IMG/VR virus record: IMGVR_UViG_3300042453_003688 | Span: 1 to 60,133 of that record | Origin: a virus | Taxonomy: Duplodnaviria; Caudoviricetes | Length of the DNA stretch: 60,133 bases | Reading direction: 5' to 3' (one strand) | Shown: positions 57,426 through 60,133 of the stretch, piece by piece | Layout of the letters: the number at the start of each line of letters is the position of its first letter | Numbering within the stretch: the stretch's first letter is position 1 | Made by a program: the position numbers and the translations under genes | The notes under the pieces: generated by a model | What the model was told of the DNA's origin: nothing | The model's input: only the letters and a program-made list of their open reading frames with translations | Databases searched by the model: none

Positions 57426-57677
57426 TTAGAATGCTGCCGTCAGTCTACCGTCGTGGGATAGGTAGATGACGCTGTTAATCTTAAAGGAACGGTAACCGCC
57501 CTTCCTAACGTCGAACACGGTAACGATATCCTTGTCCAGCCTATCCAGTGCCCGGCTGTCCACCTTGCAGACTAGCGTTCGCAACTCTCCATTCATCTTC
57601 ACGAAGTCAACACTGATGAACCTGCCGCTGACTGCCGCCTCGCCCAGGACTCGGATGATTGCCTTCTCGCTACTCAT
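57426..57677 (-). CDS. WYL_2/SH3-like fold protein
   Basis: V.F.K.NGE.R.L.C...VFDV.K.GYRSF. Confidence 0.7.
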   Translation of the reverse strand: MSSEKAIIRVLGEAAVSGRFISVDFVKMNGELRTLVCKVDSRALDRLDKDIVTVFDVRKGGYRSFKINSVIYLSHDGRLTAAF

Positions 57678-57847
57678 AATCTTTTCTCCCCTTCTTGTAT
57701 GTTAATTTCTTTCAGCTCAGCAATCAGTTGGTTGACTCTCTTGATACTCTCGACCAGTCTCTCCCGCTGGTCCCCTACTGTTGCATCGTTGCCCCACTTC
57801 TCACGCAGCCACTCATGTACATAGATAACCACTCGGTCCTGTTGCAT
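57674..57847 (-). CDS. Small hypothetical protein (57 aa, not in ORF track)
   Basis: MQQDRVVIYVHEWLREKWG...; RBS GGAGG; ATGA overlap with next gene. Confidence 0.5.
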   Translation of the reverse strand: MQQDRVVIYVHEWLREKWGNDATVGDQRERLVESIKRVNQLIAELKEINIQEGEKRL

Positions 57848-57880
57848 GGATGAAACTACCTCCTGCCAATGCCGGTTAGT

Positions 57881-58147
57881 TCAGCTATTACGATTACTGC
57901 GACGATGATACACGTAATGATTCCAAGGGTTGCTGTTATGAGTACTACACTCGGGACAACTTGCTCTAATACTAGGCCAATCACATGCTTGTCCATCTTC
58001 TCCTGCCTCCTCTGTTAGTACACGTTCGACTACTTGTTGGAATTCCAGGAACTTCTTCTCTTCGGGTGAGCAGCCCGGCCTGGAAGCCGGGTCTGCCAGT
58101 GTGTCATCCAGAGACCACTCTTTCTTATTCTCACGCCACCTTTGCAT
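57881..58147 (-). CDS. Hypothetical protein with Cys/His cluster
   Basis: CPEC...HYVYH; start uncertain. Confidence 0.45.
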   Translation of the reverse strand: MQRWRENKKEWSLDDTLADPASRPGCSPEEKKFLEFQQVVERVLTEEAGEDGQACDWPSIRASCPECSTHNSNPWNHYVYHRRSNRNS

Positions 58148-58913
58148 CGATTGCGGCCTCCTCGATTGTTGAGAGTAGGTTGACATTGCGCATTTCATTG
58201 CCGAACACTGAGCGACTGCTGCGACGGAGTGCCTCATTTATTGCATTATACAGTGCCCAAAGATTCGGTTCATTGTCGCGTCCCAAGCTACCACTGCGGA
58301 TGTGTTCCAGTTGACTGAGTTGTGCCTTACCAAGTCCCAGCTGCGCAACAATGCTGGTTTCCTGTTCCTGAGTGATTGTACGGCTAGCCATTGCAGAGAA
58401 CTTGCTTTGTATCGTAAGGAGTCCGTCGAACACGGCACAAATGCGCTCATCAAGGTTTTTTGTGAAACTGTCCATTGATGGGCCTTTCAGGTGCCTACGT
58501 TTAGCAGAGGTAACAACGTCCTCATAACCGGGTACAGGCATTGTAAGGCCATTGCTGCACACCAGTCGAAAGAAACCCATATAGAAGCGCAAACTGGACT
58601 CGCCATTATAACTGTTGACAATGACCATTTCCGGATGTCCCTCGTTAGGACTGCCGCCACCGGACAGTGCAGCAAAGCGTATGCGGACACTATGCAGTGT
58701 GCCACTCCTACGGGTGCTGACAGTGGTGCGGTCGATGTGGAATCCCTTCTCGACACCGATACGCAGAACTCGCTGCAGTACGTCAGCAGTGTCCACGTGA
58801 GCGTACCTTTCTGTGGTCTGCTTCTTACTTGCGGCATTTGCCATCAGGCGGGTGTTAACCTCAGCGAACGACTCGACAAATTGACGGTTGCGGATACTGG
58901 TTACTACTTGCAT
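58131..58913 (-). CDS. DUF932-family protein
   Basis: NSYNG.SS..F..G.FRLVCSNGL...RH...LW.LYNA.NE. Confidence 0.85.
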   Translation of the reverse strand: MQVVTSIRNRQFVESFAEVNTRLMANAASKKQTTERYAHVDTADVLQRVLRIGVEKGFHIDRTTVSTRRSGTLHSVRIRFAALSGGGSPNEGHPEMVIVNSYNGESSLRFYMGFFRLVCSNGLTMPVPGYEDVVTSAKRRHLKGPSMDSFTKNLDERICAVFDGLLTIQSKFSAMASRTITQEQETSIVAQLGLGKAQLSQLEHIRSGSLGRDNEPNLWALYNAINEALRRSSRSVFGNEMRNVNLLSTIEEAAIDAKVA

Positions 58914-58949
58914 ATTTTTCTCTCCCCTTGTTATTTGTTACTAACTACC

Positions 58950-58978
58950 TTGTCGGCATTCTGCCAGAAAAACTTGAG
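58950..58978 (-). promoter_or_regulatory. sigma28/FliA-type promoter
   Basis: CTCAAG-N15-GCCGACAA, intergenic. Confidence 0.7.
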
Positions 58979-58986
58979 CCCTATTT

Positions 58987-59208
58987 TTATTTTTCAATGC
59001 TTACAATCGGTTGCGTTGCTGGCATGGTTTCACTTGCAAGGACATCCCGCAGTTGAATGAACGGATAGATATCGTCCGTTACCTTCCGCATACGGGCAAG
59101 GTCCCTTCGGTCCCGCAGTACCGCAGCTGCATGCAGTACCATAACTGCTGTCCAGAATCCCGCCACCGTGCCGAGTAGCATTGCCATAACTGTCACGCCG
59201 GTTTCCAT
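58987..59208 (-). CDS. Small membrane protein
   Basis: N-terminal TM. Confidence 0.5.
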   Translation of the reverse strand: METGVTVMAMLLGTVAGFWTAVMVLHAAAVLRDRRDLARMRKVTDDIYPFIQLRDVLASETMPATQPIVSIEK

Positions 59209-59210
59209 AA

Positions 59211-59393
59211 CTATCTACTTTCTACGTGGTGTACGATGCTGTCCACGTCATCGAACGGGACCCGCAGACCGCTATCGTATCCCGATTCCCCGAAGTACAG
59301 CTCGCAGTATGCCTTCTCGGTGCGGACGTTATACCAGATACTCGTAATGCGTACGCTCTCACCTCTGAAATTGCCCGTTGCTATCGTCTTCAT
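59211..59393 (-). CDS. Hypothetical protein
   Basis: 60 aa, RBS AAGGAG. Confidence 0.6.
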   Translation of the reverse strand: MKTIATGNFRGESVRITSIWYNVRTEKAYCELYFGESGYDSGLRVPFDDVDSIVHHVESR

Positions 59394-59460
59394 ACTGTTT
59401 CTCCTTGGTTATACCGGTGACGTCACATCACGCCACCGGCGATTAGTACTTACCGCTTAC

Positions 59461-59835
59461 TTATTCGGCGATATAGAAACGACCCTCGACTATAGTGTAA
59501 GCATCCTTGCCTTCCACGTCCGATTCTGAAACCTGTCTAAACTTACCTAGTTCATAAGTACTTCCGTCATCAAACAGTAGGCTTGCATCACTGTTTGCGC
59601 CTACAACCAGTATGGACTCCTGATTATATTTGCGCGCAACTACTTGCAGGGATTCGGGACCTAACCCCGTGACCACTAGGGACCCTTCCTGGATTCCCTT
59701 GTAGTAGCCGGTAGCGTCAACCATCTCGCCACCAATTGAGCGGATGTCCACGCGCAACCTTGTATGCCTTGCCTCATTTTGTTTGGTGGTTAGTTCAGCG
59801 CGGTATGCGGACATTATAATCATTGGACCTTGCAT
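59461..59835 (-). CDS. SAM lyase (T3 SAMase-like), paralogue 1; first gene of the early arm
   Basis: IMSAYR...N..RH...TGYY.G..E.S...ARKYNQESIL...LGKFRQV...YT, matching T3 gp0.3 motif spacing. Confidence 0.78.
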   Translation of the reverse strand: MQGPMIIMSAYRAELTTKQNEARHTRLRVDIRSIGGEMVDATGYYKGIQEGSLVVTGLGPESLQVVARKYNQESILVVGANSDASLLFDDGSTYELGKFRQVSESDVEGKDAYTIVEGRFYIAE

Positions 59836-59886
59836 AACTTGTATCCCCCGTTAGTAAGCAGCGCGACCATCGCGCCGATGTCATAC

Positions 59887-59915
59887 TTAACGGCGAAAGC
59901 AACCAGAAACTTGAG
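59887..59915 (-). promoter_or_regulatory. sigma28/FliA-type promoter
   Basis: CTCAAG-N15-GCCGTTAA upstream of the first early gene. Confidence 0.65.
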
Positions 59916-60009
59916 CACTATTTTTATAACCCAACGCTGTCGCGGACTTGCAGCAAAGGGCCCCATTGGCGGGTACGCGGAGAAACAATGCCAGCCCAGG
60001 AGACTGAAG

Positions 60010-60133
60010 AGCACCCACCCACCAACCGCACTACACAGCGTGCTAGACAGCTGGAGCGTCAAGAGCAGACGCGACAAGTGGGTTTACAAGGCCGCGCGAG
60101 ACGAAATTTACCTCCCCACACACGGAGGATTTT
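60010..60133. repeat. Terminal direct repeat, right copy
   Basis: Identical to 1-124. Confidence 0.97.

Noticed and set aside
59462-59490. Additional sigma28 promoter (TCGAG...GCCGAATA)
   Set aside because: Mismatches in both boxes; too weak to count
1-60133. Alternative genetic code
   Set aside because: Core genes are intact and densely packed under the standard code; the only interruption is explained by the intron

Overview
This window appears to be a complete ~60.0 kb tailed dsDNA phage genome with podovirus-like architecture. Bases 1-124 repeat exactly at 60010-60133. The + strand arm (763-39103) carries terminase, portal, scaffold, capsid, fibres, tail nozzle and ejection proteins. 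The - strand arm (59835 down to 39015) carries early and replication genes: two SAM-lyase-like genes, DUF932, a Dps-like gene, two ClpP-like proteases, DUF5664, family A DNA polymerase, RuvC-like and GIY-YIG nucleases, a DinG-like helicase and a lysozyme. No integrase or primase was recognised. Four signals stand out that the ORF track does not show. (1) Nine co-oriented sigma28/FliA-type promoters (CT[A/C]AAG-N14/15-[G/T/A]CCGATAA-like) occur on the early arm, while the structural arm uses sigma70-type promoters. This suggests early genes are wired to a flagellar or motile-phase sigma factor, possibly in a Bdellovibrio-like predator (inference). (2) One of these promoters drives a ~310-nt structured non-coding RNA with a tRNA-like core (43177-42870). 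(3) The major capsid gene is split by a 257-nt ORF-less group I intron (12447-12703), with a free-standing HNH endonuclease directly upstream. (4) GATC is strongly avoided, and there are two SAM-lyase paralogues. All family assignments come from motif recognition by eye, not database searches.
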